Shown: piece after piece, positions 28,295-38,816 of the stretch
Layout of the letters: every line of letters begins with the position of its first letter
Position numbering within the stretch: position 1 is the first letter of the stretch
IMG/VR virus record: IMGVR_UViG_2509276001_000001
Length of the DNA: 59,683 nucleotides
Strand: one strand, 5' to 3'
Source of the DNA: an uncultured virus (IMG/VR IMGVR_UViG_2509276001_000001)
Lineage: Duplodnaviria > Heunggongvirae > Uroviricota > Caudoviricetes
The notes under the pieces: generated by a model
Told to the model about the DNA's origin: nothing
The model's input: the letters and a program-made list of their open reading frames with translations, nothing else
Database searches by the model: none
Made by a program: the position numbers and the translations under genes

Positions 28295-29341
28295 GCTCTT
28301 CGATGGCCGCCGAATCCGTCTCTTGACGATAGTCGATCACTTTACTCGCGAGAGTCTTGCGATTGAGGTGGGACAGCGGATGCGAGGTAAGGAAGTGGTC
28401 GCAGTCTTGGAGCATTTGGCGTGCAATCGCAAATTGCCAAAGTCGATCCGAGTCGACAATGGTCCCGAGTTCACATCAAAAGTTCTCGACCAGTGGGCTT
28501 ACGCGAATAGCGTAACGCTCGACTTCAGTAGGCCCGGAAAACCAACGGATAACGCTTTCATTGAATCCTTCAATGGAAGCGTCCGAGCTGAGTGCCTCAA
28601 TGAAAACTGGTTTTTGTCGCTTGACGACGCCAAGGAAAAGATCGAAGCTTGGCGAGTGGACTACAACGAACATCGTCCCCATAGCGCTTTGGGCAACCTG
28701 GCCCCCAAAGATTTCGCTTCATCTGGCCGGGCTAGCCCGGCCAGATGAAGCCCTGGTTTTCTCACTGAAGGTGGTACAGATTAGGGTAGCAGCTCATACC
28801 CAATCCCTACTCTCATAACCGTGGACCAACTTTAGGGGGCATTCCAGTATCACTCCGAAGACAGTAGCCCACTTTCATAGCCTAGCAGGTCAGTTTTTCG
28901 AGGACTCGTGCTCAGTGGCCTGGCTGGCTTCGCCGTGAATCGACGCCTCGGCTTCGCGCAGAAGAAATTCGGCGGTCAGGATGCGTTCATCGAATCGGAC
29001 CCGGGAGTCGCGCAAACAGTTCATCAGTTCGGAAGCCTAGTCCAACGCCTGTCGGGCCGCTTTTGGTGCGCCGAGTTGCTCCTGGGCCATTGGCGGCAGG
29101 ACGAGGTTCTTTTCCGGAACGAACGGGCGTGCTGTTGTGCTATCGCAATAGCCTGGACGACTCACATGGCGTCGGCTTGGCGATTGGTGATCGAGGCCTA
29201 AGGACCCCGAAGGAATGCGTTGGCCTCGCCTTCAGCGATCGCCTCGACCGCAAGCTTGTTGGGTAGTCGATCGAAAAGCAGCAGACATGCCATCCACAAT
29301 TCTCAATAGATTAATACCGCCCGACAACATGCTCCATCAAT

Positions 29342-31693
29342 TCAAGACGCGTCAGTGTCGTCGAAAACGGCCTCGTAAATGTGTACTACCGGCCCCTCAC
29401 TTCCGCAAATCAAGAGTCGGTCGGGGTCGCATGCTACATGGCTCAATCGTGCCGGAAGAAATCCGACCACCTGACCGTCTGAGGCTCGCACTTCTGTCTC
29501 AAGATCTTGATGGACGGCGCTCACAACTCCTAATAATCCTTCCAGTGACGTTCTTGTTTGCGGCGAGAAGCCCCCCTGCACCAGCATTTTCTTTTCCATG
29601 CTCTTAATATTTAGATGCCACACATCCTCCAGCTGAACAATCAATTCGTTTTTTGATGCGAGAAAACCGAGCTCTTTAACTGGGGAGTCAAACGGTTTTT
29701 CATAAGCGATTTGCAGCCCCAGATTTGGATCGTCTTCTGGAGCAGTAGCCCAACGGGCGCCGTCAAACGGATCCACGACTAGCCACACCGCAAGAGAGCC
29801 ATCAGAAGCCCCAGAGGCGAGCCGACTCCTATCATGCGAGAAACACAATGAAACAATGTCCGCATCGTGCCCCTCAAAGGTAATTACACGTGCTTTCGTC
29901 TCGACATCAACAATGTGGATGCGACGTAAACGATACCCTCCTTCGATGCCTCCTCCGATCCCAGTCGCAACTGCGAGCAACGCTCCTCCACCGTCCAATG
30001 ACATCGCCGTTACTTCCTCTTGACTGAAGTCGTAGTCCCACGTCTCCTGCCCATCTCGGTTGTAGCACCATACTCGATCTCCGCCCGCAACAAATATAGT
30101 CCGCCAGTCGCAAGACACTTCAAGGTGCGTGCAGAACTCAATATCCAAGAGCTTGGCAGCTTCCCCAGTTACAGTATCCCACAAGAGCACTTCTCTGCTC
30201 CAGGCGGCCGACAAAACCTCACCAGCTGGACCCCCAGCACGAATTGCAAAGACCTTTTCCGTGTGCATATTTGCAGAATCAATTCGAGAAATCGGGGTCG
30301 CTCCACGATCCGGATTCTTTTCCCAACTCCAGATTCGAACTGCATCATACCCACCGGATGCAACTAGTCGTCCCGTCGGGTCGAACGCTAATGCTCCCAC
30401 TCCGTGAGTATGAGCAGACTCCCAAAACACAGTCGAGCGTTCCTCTAAGTCCCAAATGACTACCTCCCCGAATCGACTTCCCGCCGCGAGGAACTTGCCG
30501 CAGGGAGAAAACGCTATTGTTTCGATCCCCAAAACTTCCTCCTGATCGATACTATAAAGTTCTTCCCCCGTCGCCACGGACCACACGACTATCTTCTTCC
30601 CGCGCGCGACGGCACCGTACATCTGCTCGTTAGGTGAGATCGTTACGGAGAAGGGTTTGTCGAAAGCCTGAATGTGAGCGGCCTCCTTCGAACGAAGGTC
30701 TATGAGTCGGACTGTGTCGACTTCGATATATGCGATTACGAGGAACTCGCCACTTGGAGCCAATGAGAAGTCACAGAACCGACCGCGTGCAGGGAGGTCC
30801 AAGACCGATTCTTCGCTTCCAACATCAAAGACGGTCACATCGGATCGTTCCCCGTATGAATAGACAATTCTCTTGGCATTCTTCGAGATCGCTGCCTCAA
30901 AGATGTCAAGCTCTCCGCTCGCTACGATAGAGGGTGGATGAACTTCCCGCAGCGCAAACGTGGCCTGTGTTCTACTCTGTCGCGTTGTCGCCAAGAAGAA
31001 GTCGCCCGATTGCGAAATGCAGTTTGTCATGGAGCCTGCCGCCATCACTTCCTCGTGTATTGCCTCACCGGTGAATGCATCCCACGTCATCACGCGGTCA
31101 ACGCTAGCTGACACGAGTCGCCGACTGTCACGGCTGAACGCAAGATGCGCAACAGAGCCAAGATGTCCGGACAGAGATAGCTCCAGGCAAGAAGCCTGCG
31201 ACGACTGCATCAGTGGAGGAGTGACCGCTCGAAGCCAACAATGAGTTTTGGGAGACTTTTTATGCTGCGTACGCCAGTTGACACAGAGTTCGCGAATCCG
31301 ATTGGAGTCCCCGTTGTCGAGCGAATGAAGGTCATTCCATACTGTTTGAAATAGCGATCCTGGATGCCGTGCGAGAAACTGCAGATTGCGGCGCAAACAA
31401 GCGTTTATGTGCTCGATTGCTGCGCGGTCACCGTCGCCGACAGGCAGTTGAACCGAACCCACCTTCATCGACAGACTTGCTTCGAAGACATCACGATTGA
31501 CGGAATGTTGCACAAACTCGAATGAAGTCAAAAACAATCGAATCGCTTTGCAATTACCCGCCATGGCAAAGTGCTGAATGCCATGGCCGACTAAGTAAGC
31601 CCGCTTCTCGTCACTCAAGCCATCCAGATTCACAGCACGCCCATAAGATTCAACTACGGTAAGTTCAGCCTTCGCACGATCCAATCCCGTCAT
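29342..31693 (-). CDS. WD40-repeat protein with N-terminal helical domain
   Basis: Multiple GH...AFS...WD repeats. Confidence 0.9.
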   Translation of the reverse strand: MTGLDRAKAELTVVESYGRAVNLDGLSDEKRAYLVGHGIQHFAMAGNCKAIRLFLTSFEFVQHSVNRDVFEASLSMKVGSVQLPVGDGDRAAIEHINACLRRNLQFLARHPGSLFQTVWNDLHSLDNGDSNRIRELCVNWRTQHKKSPKTHCWLRAVTPPLMQSSQASCLELSLSGHLGSVAHLAFSRDSRRLVSASVDRVMTWDAFTGEAIHEEVMAAGSMTNCISQSGDFFLATTRQSRTQATFALREVHPPSIVASGELDIFEAAISKNAKRIVYSYGERSDVTVFDVGSEESVLDLPARGRFCDFSLAPSGEFLVIAYIEVDTVRLIDLRSKEAAHIQAFDKPFSVTISPNEQMYGAVARGKKIVVWSVATGEELYSIDQEEVLGIETIAFSPCGKFLAAGSRFGEVVIWDLEERSTVFWESAHTHGVGALAFDPTGRLVASGGYDAVRIWSWEKNPDRGATPISRIDSANMHTEKVFAIRAGGPAGEVLSAAWSREVLLWDTVTGEAAKLLDIEFCTHLEVSCDWRTIFVAGGDRVWCYNRDGQETWDYDFSQEEVTAMSLDGGGALLAVATGIGGGIEGGYRLRRIHIVDVETKARVITFEGHDADIVSLCFSHDRSRLASGASDGSLAVWLVVDPFDGARWATAPEDDPNLGLQIAYEKPFDSPVKELGFLASKNELIVQLEDVWHLNIKSMEKKMLVQGGFSPQTRTSLEGLLGVVSAVHQDLETEVRASDGQVVGFLPARLSHVACDPDRLLICGSEGPVVHIYEAVFDDTDAS

Positions 31694-31701
31694 GGTCGAC
31701 T

Positions 31702-33441
31702 CTAATCGTACGTGGACGACTCTGAACGGAACAGATCGCTCCACATGCTGTCCGCGATGCGTTTGTGCGCTTCTGTCATATTCACACGCTCATCCTTAAC
31801 TTGTTCTTTTTGGGAAATAAAGTCATGGAAGCTGGCGTGATACATCCGATATCTTTTTTGGATGTGTTCCTCACACTCGACAGTCTCCTCGCTTAAGAAC
31901 TGCCACCAATCTTGGAGCACTGACCTTATTCGTGGTCTTTCGGCTACACCTGAGAATTCTGAAATCATGTCGATCGAAACTGGTTCCTTAATAACAGTAA
32001 GAGCCATGATAACGGGCAGCTTGTGGGCGAACCAATCGTCGACATTCTTTCCCTTCATTTGTCGCCAGTGGTCTTCATAGTACGCCATCAAGCCAAGCGG
32101 TAGGTCATCAAAATCGGTCTTCTGGTAGCGTCCTCGTGCGATTTCTGGAATGACATAGTGAAGGTACATGAAATTACCTTGACTCTTGGCAGCAAGTGTT
32201 TGGACAAACTCCGAGACGCTTATTTCATGGTTCGATAGATATAGCTGCACCCGACGTCTATTGACGGCAGCCTTTAGGAATTCACCAATGTCGGAAATGT
32301 TGCCAGCGTCGTCTTGCTCGATGTCGAACGTAGACATTTCACATTCAATTTGGAGTGGTATCGTGTCCCTCCTAGATGTTGCCACTACAAAAACACGTTC
32401 GGGCAACGACCTCGGAAACATGAGGATGTTTGTGCCTTCGGGCTGTGTCGTTGTGTCAACTTCATCGAGGCCATCTACGACGATGACAAGCCGTTCGTCA
32501 CCGGTCAACATGTTGCTGATCTCTGTGAGTAGTTGCTTCAGAAAGCCGGAATCTTGAGACGCTTCCGGCGGCGGCGAAGATATTTTCAGCCCGTATCGCG
32601 AGATCAGCTGCGCGCAAGTGTTCCTCAGGAACAACCCGGCACTATTTATACCTTCAGCGCGGACATTGAAGTGATGGACGTAGCCCCGCATTTTCACAAG
32701 TTGCGCAGCCATTGCTGATTTGCCAATTCCCGGATCACCCCGCACGATGAAATAACCGCTATTGGCTTTGCCCACAAACTGGTCGATTGCTTCGAACACG
32801 AAACGCCGCCCGACAAAACCACGGGTCTTTTCATCGATAAGTTGCGACTGGTCGCGAATACGTTCGCGGATGCCCGGCGACGCTTCTGAGATTAGCTGGG
32901 CGGTACGCCCAAACTCCGATTGCAGTACTTCTTGCAGGTTTCTTAGTGAGGCAAGGATATCGGCCAGTGTGTCATCCGCACTATCGACCGATTGGGCGAT
33001 TCGGCTAATGTCTTTCGCCACGAATACTGGACGAAATGTTCCACTTGATCGCAATGCATCCTCAAAATGATGGAGCAACAATTGCGATTCCGTTGTAAAA
33101 TCGCACCAGTAAGGTGGGTTGATCATTGCGGCTTTCCACTGTTCTCCAATGACTTCCGCGTCCGGTCGTCGAGCAAACAAAAGTGTCTCCGCAAGTTCGT
33201 TCGCAACCGATTCCTCCGCCAGGAAATTCTTTGATTCTTCCAGGAGTGGACCGGCAAGAAGCAGCTTGCCTCCGGACAATGTGTATCGCTGAATCGCTGA
33301 ACCAAGAGCCTCCTGAAATGCCACTTTGGTCAAATCGCGATCGAGCTTCCCTAGTACCTCTCCGCTCGCTTTGGACAAAAGGGCACTTAGAAATTTCTCG
33401 GCAACGAAACCAAGTGCTGTAACTATGCCTGCGGTGGACAT
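31702..33441 (-). CDS. NACHT/STAND ATPase
   Basis: FVGR, GDPGIGKS, VIVVDGLDE, SQGNFMY, YHASFHDF. Confidence 0.9.
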   Translation of the reverse strand: MSTAGIVTALGFVAEKFLSALLSKASGEVLGKLDRDLTKVAFQEALGSAIQRYTLSGGKLLLAGPLLEESKNFLAEESVANELAETLLFARRPDAEVIGEQWKAAMINPPYWCDFTTESQLLLHHFEDALRSSGTFRPVFVAKDISRIAQSVDSADDTLADILASLRNLQEVLQSEFGRTAQLISEASPGIRERIRDQSQLIDEKTRGFVGRRFVFEAIDQFVGKANSGYFIVRGDPGIGKSAMAAQLVKMRGYVHHFNVRAEGINSAGLFLRNTCAQLISRYGLKISSPPPEASQDSGFLKQLLTEISNMLTGDERLVIVVDGLDEVDTTTQPEGTNILMFPRSLPERVFVVATSRRDTIPLQIECEMSTFDIEQDDAGNISDIGEFLKAAVNRRRVQLYLSNHEISVSEFVQTLAAKSQGNFMYLHYVIPEIARGRYQKTDFDDLPLGLMAYYEDHWRQMKGKNVDDWFAHKLPVIMALTVIKEPVSIDMISEFSGVAERPRIRSVLQDWWQFLSEETVECEEHIQKRYRMYHASFHDFISQKEQVKDERVNMTEAHKRIADSMWSDLFRSESSTYD

Positions 33442-33738
33442 GCAAGTTGCTCCCCAACTCTACTGAATACGCGATCGGAAATACTGGCAGTGTCGCATCC
33501 CTAGTGGCCAACCACAATCCTGTGGAAGGGATGTGAAAGCCCGAGCGTCATCAATATAGTATACTGCTTTTGCCCCCTCGAAGATGCTCTGGGGGTTATC
33601 CCGGCACTTTCCATTGTTCCCATCCGCCTTCCTCATTAAACCGTGTCGAGACCGACAGGAGTTTTGGCATTGGACAAGTCGCCGCCGTTGGACAAACCGA
33701 TAACTTTTAGTCGACAAGCAAGCTCTTTTCGGTCGAGG

Positions 33739-36090
33739 CTAAGGACGAAAATCCCAACGAACTGGCCTCCGCTGGCTGACACCGTAAGTTCTCATCAAAT
33801 ACACCGCGAGACACTTTGTATCTACCCTTTCCTTCGCCGCTGAAGCTCCTTGAAGCTCCTTGAAGCTCACTCGCTTTCGTCGGTTTGCTGCAAGACCATC
33901 AGTACCAAACAGCAGAGCCCCTTGCATCGAGGCGGCGACAGCGGTGCCTACTAGGCAGTCGAGCCAGTGGTTGTCGGGTTGTTCGGGGCGGGCTTTCCAT
34001 TCGTCGACGGTTCGGCCTCGGCCTTCGGTTTTGATGAAGTACTCGGCGGTGATTTGCTCGGCGAACATTCGGTGTTGCTCGGCGCGGTCACCGAAAACTG
34101 ACAGGCAGCCTCGGTCTCCCATTGCGACGGCGAGGCGTGCGTGTGTGAAGGATTTCCACCAGTTGGTGTCGTAGATGACGTGGCGGATCGCTCGTTTGCC
34201 GTGGATCGAGGGGACTCGCCAGTTGAGGCCGACGCGATCGCCCGGCCGGCGTTTGTATTCGCTGAATGGACTGGACGATGCGCCGACGAAGCGGCCGTGA
34301 GACGGAAGCAGGATCGAGGCGTGAGGACTTTGCCGGCAGAACTGATAGACGACGTTGGTGGAGTGACCCCAGTTGGCGTCGATGAGGCAGCGTTCGATCT
34401 TCATCGCCGCACCATCGTCACGTTGCCATTCTCGACCGAGCAAATCGGTGGTTAGTTTTTCCATGCCGGCATAGAGCGAACCCTCGAGGCCGGTGCCTTC
34501 GGTCGCGAGCGTGTGCCGCGCGTCGCGGAGCGTAAAGTATGGACGTTTCTGGTCGGGGAACGAACCGTAGTCGACGATGTAGCCGGTGAAGTCGTCTTCC
34601 CATGCGGCGACGACGTAGAAGAGCATCTTGCCTTGGACGTCGATGAACGCGGTCAGGTGGTTGGCGGCGATCGGGATGCAGCAGCGATCCATTCCGTTGA
34701 TCTTGCCGGCGACTTGTTCGGCGGTGAGTTGATCGGCGTCGACTGTTTCGGCCGGCAGCGGTTCATTTTGGTATTCGGCGAAGAACGCGGCTTCGTCTTG
34801 AAGCTTTAGGTTCATCGCGTGTTGGATCGCGGACAGTTCGTCGTGATTGAAACGCTCTTTCCAGGCGACGTCGGCACCTTCGTCCATCGCAGCCTTGTTT
34901 TTGCGATAGAACTCGGTGCCGGCGGTTCCGCCATCACCGGCTCGCAAACCTTCGCTGCGGATTTCGGCGTAGCGTTCCCACAGGGTTTCGTTGGTGGGGA
35001 ACGAGTTGACCATTCGCGTTCGCGAGCCGTTCCATTCGGGATGCTTGTCGCGGTCCAGGATGTTGTCGGCCATGTCGCCGGGACGAATGATCGTGCACGG
35101 CATGATTCCGGAGATCTTTTTGCCTGGGCCGGCGAGCCCGAGCACCGCGCCGGCGAGGATGGCTTCGCGATTGGCACACTGCGATAGCGAACGAGCAGAC
35201 TCGTCGGTTTGCGGATCATCGAGTACGACCAGCGACGGTCGGACCGTTTTACCATCAGGGCGTTTGAACTTCATGCCTCGGATGCGTCCGGTGAGGCCGG
35301 CGACCTTGATGATTGCGCCGCTCGCCTTGCTTCCCTCGATACTGGGGAGGACAACTTCCTTCGCGGTCCAGCCGATTTGCGTGCGTTTTCCTTGGTGGAG
35401 TTGTCCGTTGGCTCGGTTGGCGATTCCATCGAGGGCTTGGATGGGAAAGCAGACCTCGGGGTAGTCGGCCAAAAGCAGGTCGTTGCCGTCTAGCTCGGTC
35501 TTGATGGACTCGAGCATGTCGCAGGCATGACCTTCGTCGCTACCGATCAGGCAGACGAAATCGCGGTAGCCGTTGAGGACTGCCCAAATGCATGCGACTT
35601 CGGCGAGCGAACTTTTACCGCTGCCTCGAGCCATCGCGAGCGAGAACAAACCGCCTCGAACGACGGCCTCTTCGATTTTGTTGATGACGGTGATGTGGTC
35701 GGGCGACCACGAAAGGTGAAACGTCAGCGAGAAGTAGGCTTCGCAAAAGTACCGAAAGCTGCCGGCGGCTTTTGCTTTGCGTTCAGCGTCGGCGACCGGT
35801 GGAAGCTCACCAATGTCACGACCAGCGAGTGACTTCGCTGCGTTTCGTTCACGCGAGTAGTCCTTGTGCTTCTCGTAGGCATCGGTGTCGTCGGCTTTCG
35901 GCCGGTGACGCTCTTCGATCAGCAGCCCGGCGAACTTTAGCAAGTGAACGCTCTTGCCGTCACCGATGCGATGACCTGCTCGCGTTCGATAGCGGTGAAG
36001 TTGTCGTTCGTTGATGACTTCGCCAAGCGCCGTGCTATTGAGTAACCGGCAGCACTCGCTCGGTCGAAGTTTCGCTGGGTCAAGTTGCAC
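33739..36090 (-). CDS. terL: Phage terminase large subunit (GpA family)
   Basis: ARGSGKS, VLDDPQ, AEYQNEP, FIDVQ, DNHWLDC; C-terminus altered by a 10-bp duplication. Confidence 0.9.
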   Translation of the reverse strand: MQLDPAKLRPSECCRLLNSTALGEVINERQLHRYRTRAGHRIGDGKSVHLLKFAGLLIEERHRPKADDTDAYEKHKDYSRERNAAKSLAGRDIGELPPVADAERKAKAAGSFRYFCEAYFSLTFHLSWSPDHITVINKIEEAVVRGGLFSLAMARGSGKSSLAEVACIWAVLNGYRDFVCLIGSDEGHACDMLESIKTELDGNDLLLADYPEVCFPIQALDGIANRANGQLHQGKRTQIGWTAKEVVLPSIEGSKASGAIIKVAGLTGRIRGMKFKRPDGKTVRPSLVVLDDPQTDESARSLSQCANREAILAGAVLGLAGPGKKISGIMPCTIIRPGDMADNILDRDKHPEWNGSRTRMVNSFPTNETLWERYAEIRSEGLRAGDGGTAGTEFYRKNKAAMDEGADVAWKERFNHDELSAIQHAMNLKLQDEAAFFAEYQNEPLPAETVDADQLTAEQVAGKINGMDRCCIPIAANHLTAFIDVQGKMLFYVVAAWEDDFTGYIVDYGSFPDQKRPYFTLRDARHTLATEGTGLEGSLYAGMEKLTTDLLGREWQRDDGAAMKIERCLIDANWGHSTNVVYQFCRQSPHASILLPSHGRFVGASSSPFSEYKRRPGDRVGLNWRVPSIHGKRAIRHVIYDTNWWKSFTHARLAVAMGDRGCLSVFGDRAEQHRMFAEQITAEYFIKTEGRGRTVDEWKARPEQPDNHWLDCLVGTAVAASMQGALLFGTDGLAANRRKRVSFKELQGASAAKERVDTKCLAVYLMRTYGVSQRRPVRWDFRP

Positions 36091-36286
36091 GTCGTGCCTC
36101 CTGTAGTAGCCACGCGACGTAGGAGACCACGTCGAGCGTTCCGTCGGCGTTGGTTGGTGCGCCGGCGGCAACGTCGGCCTCGATTTGCTCGGACGTGATT
36201 CGTGTTTGGTAGGCGTTACTGATCGCGGTCGCGGCGTCTTTGATCGGCAGCGAGTTAATCGTCACTGCTTTGCGTTTTTCTTCCAT
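36080..36286 (-). CDS. Small phage DNA-binding protein upstream of terminase
   Basis: GAPTNADGTLDVVSYVAWL. Confidence 0.6.
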   Translation of the reverse strand: MEEKRKAVTINSLPIKDAATAISNAYQTRITSEQIEADVAAGAPTNADGTLDVVSYVAWLLQEARRAT

Positions 36287-36560
36287 GACGGCTCTTGTTT
36301 CGAGGGCTTCGCGACACGCCGCACACGTTGGCGACTGTCGCGAATGCTTGCATGTTTGGCGTGGTTAGCCGCATGTTTTCGGACGCCACGTTGGCCCAAA
36401 ACTGGCCCCGTGTTGGGGTCCAAAAAAACATGCGAAATCATTCAAAACGTTGGGCAGACTTCGCTTGATGTGTTCCGAAACCCATGGCTCATGTGTCACA
36501 CGCGGCCGGCAAAACGCCACGCGAAACACAACTACCTAGCCACCTTTCGGAGACCCAACC

Positions 36561-37418
36561 ATGCACGCCAACGACATCGCCTTCGGTATCGAAATCGAAA
36601 CTCACCTGCCCGGACACGACACCACGCCGATCGGCGGATACCACAACGGCTTGCCTGTAGCTTGGCTGCCCGAAGGCTGGAAAGCAGAACGCGACAGCAG
36701 CATTCGCACGCCGGTAGGACGCAAGAACGCTGAGTTCGTATCGCCTATCCTTCGCGGCTACGACGGACTTCAAAACGTAGAGAGAGCGGTCGACGCGATC
36801 AAAGCACGCGGGGCTCGGGTCAACGAAAGCTGCGGCCTTCACATCACGATCACCTGGAACGGCGACGCGGCAGCCTTGGCTCGGCTGATAAGCCTGATCG
36901 GAAACCACGAACGAGCCATCTACGCTTCGACGGGAACTAAGCGACGCGAACGCAACACTTGGGCGAAGCAAATCAAGAGCTACGGCAACAAGGACGCAGC
37001 CAAGCGAAACTGCGAAGCAGACCGCTACCACCTTTTGAATCTGACGCACCTCGCTCGCGGGCGAAACCGGATCGAGATTCGAGCCTTCGTCGGCACGCTC
37101 AACAAAACCAAACTGCTCGGCTACATCCAAATGGTACTGGGTTTAGCCGAGCTGGCTTTGACCACGCGACGCTGCAGCGGATGGGAATACACCAAGCGAC
37201 CTGGCACCAAGAGCTGCTGGGATCGCAACGGCGCGGGCGAAGGCGAAACGGAACTCAACCGCTTGTACTACCGCCTTGGCTGGACCATCGGCTGGCGTAA
37301 GGGAGCCCTTCGCACCAAACGATACGGTGAGCTTTCGGCCGGCGAACAAACTTGCGACTGGAAACCGGTCAAGAAGAAGCTTTTGCAAATGGCTCGCAAG
37401 TACGACCAAGCGGTCTAA
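36561..37418 (+). CDS. Putative amidoligase (COOH-NH2 ligase type)
   Basis: FGIEIE, DSSI, EFVSPIL, SCGLHI, RIEIR. Confidence 0.88.
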   Translation: MHANDIAFGIEIETHLPGHDTTPIGGYHNGLPVAWLPEGWKAERDSSIRTPVGRKNAEFVSPILRGYDGLQNVERAVDAIKARGARVNESCGLHITITWNGDAAALARLISLIGNHERAIYASTGTKRRERNTWAKQIKSYGNKDAAKRNCEADRYHLLNLTHLARGRNRIEIRAFVGTLNKTKLLGYIQMVLGLAELALTTRRCSGWEYTKRPGTKSCWDRNGAGEGETELNRLYYRLGWTIGWRKGALRTKRYGELSAGEQTCDWKPVKKKLLQMARKYDQAV

Positions 37419-37725
37419 ACGGCTGGCCAACTTCTTTCCATCTAGCGCCGCGGCCTACACCGCGGCTTTTCTTTTGCGCATTCGTTTCCTTCCAAACGTT
37501 GGCGTTTTCTGGCGCACGTGTCGCGTCGTTCGCATAAGTAACCCTAAGGGGCCGAGTGTTTCGAGCACGCCGACACGAGGCCTTTGTGGGGCACGTCGGC
37601 GAGATCGAGAAACATGCGAAAAGACTGCAATTTGCAAGGTGAATGCGCTTGCTGTGTCGCGAAAACCATGGCTCATGTGTGTCAACGCAAGACGAATTTT
37701 CCTTCCCAAAAACGGAGACCCAACG

Positions 37726-38001
37726 ATGACGATTGACGCCCTGATCGACCTGCTGAGCGAGTACCGCGAGCAACACGGACCGGATGCCGAAGTGCGTTTG
37801 ATGACGCAAGAGACTTGGCCCTTTGAAAACCGAATCGCCGGCATCACCAGCGGCGCGGAAATGAACGAAGCGAGCGAGGAGGACCCCAGCGAGTACTTCG
37901 ACGACCAAGACGTAGAAGAAGACGCGATCATCTACATCGTCGAAGGCGGGCAGATTTGCTACGGCAGCAAACGAGCCTGGGAAACCTGCCGCGACTGCTA
38001 G
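37726..38001 (+). CDS. Small acidic hypothetical protein
   Basis: GGAG RBS; MTIDALIDLL... Confidence 0.75.
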   Translation: MTIDALIDLLSEYREQHGPDAEVRLMTQETWPFENRIAGITSGAEMNEASEEDPSEYFDDQDVEEDAIIYIVEGGQICYGSKRAWETCRDC

Positions 38002-38088
38002 CCGCGGGTCTTTGTCAGCAGGGCCTTTCCAACGCGGGCTTCGCTCGAAGCCCGCTTCCATTCCTTTTTCAAACCGAGATACACAACC

Positions 38089-38298
38089 ATGGCCAACGCC
38101 AAACTCGAACACGCCTACACCGCCGCGCACATTCAAGCCCTCACCTTGTTGGAAGACCTGCACGAATCGGTCGAAGACTTGCCGGCACCAGGTAGCGAAA
38201 CCGCACCGCTGAATTGGGAGCACGTCGGTTCCTTGCAGCATCTTTGTGAACAGCTCCGCGAATTGAAGGAATATTTCGGAAAAAACTTCCGAGCGTGA
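38089..38298 (+). CDS. Hypothetical protein
   Basis: 69 aa; LNWEHVGSL. Confidence 0.7.
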   Translation: MANAKLEHAYTAAHIQALTLLEDLHESVEDLPAPGSETAPLNWEHVGSLQHLCEQLRELKEYFGKNFRA

Positions 38299-38456
38299 AT
38301 TCGCAACACGCTCGGGAGTTATGCGAGTTCTGGAAAAACGTTTGGAAACATTGCCAGAACTCGCTGAGATTCGCTTGATGTGTTTTGAAAACCATGGCTC
38401 ATGTGTCTTAACGCCAAGCAGCGAACGCAACCAACCTTTCCACCGGAGAACGAACC

Positions 38457-38711
38457 ATGCCAATGAACGAAACCCAAAAGGCCCGCGCCGAAGCCCTTGC
38501 CCCACTCTTCCGAAACATGGACGCACATACCGCCCAGGAAATTCGCGAGAGCTACTACCGCATCGCCGAGAACCTTCGGCCTTTGGTAAACGCCCTTGAA
38601 ATTGCGGACCTTGACCACGGCGGACCGGCCGGCCCGCTGCTCGAAGAGCACTACATCTTTTGCGAGCTGCTGGAAAAGCTCGACAAGAGCGTTTTGGGTG
38701 CGGTCCTGTAA
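38457..38711 (+). CDS. Hypothetical protein
   Basis: 84 aa; GGAG RBS. Confidence 0.7.
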   Translation: MPMNETQKARAEALAPLFRNMDAHTAQEIRESYYRIAENLRPLVNALEIADLDHGGPAGPLLEEHYIFCELLEKLDKSVLGAVL

Positions 38712-38816
38712 ACCAAAGCCGAAACGCCAGCACGGAGGCTTGGCGTAGCGGCGGGTGGTACCCGTCGCCTGACGATGGCAGCCAACCACGACCCTTTCCC
38801 TTTCGGAGAACGAACG

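Larger units (their letters stand above)
25434..28846 (+). mobile_element. IS3-family element interrupted by IS256
   Basis: TG...CA imperfect IRs; OrfA HTH at 25517; OrfB DDE (WAMDF, RVDNGPEF, NAFIESFN) ending at 28748. Confidence 0.92.

Noticed and set aside
27307..28415. ORFs spanning the N run
   Set aside because: Artefacts of translating Ns.
28847..29340. Short ORFs right of IS3
   Set aside because: No recognisable motifs; possibly a decayed fragment.
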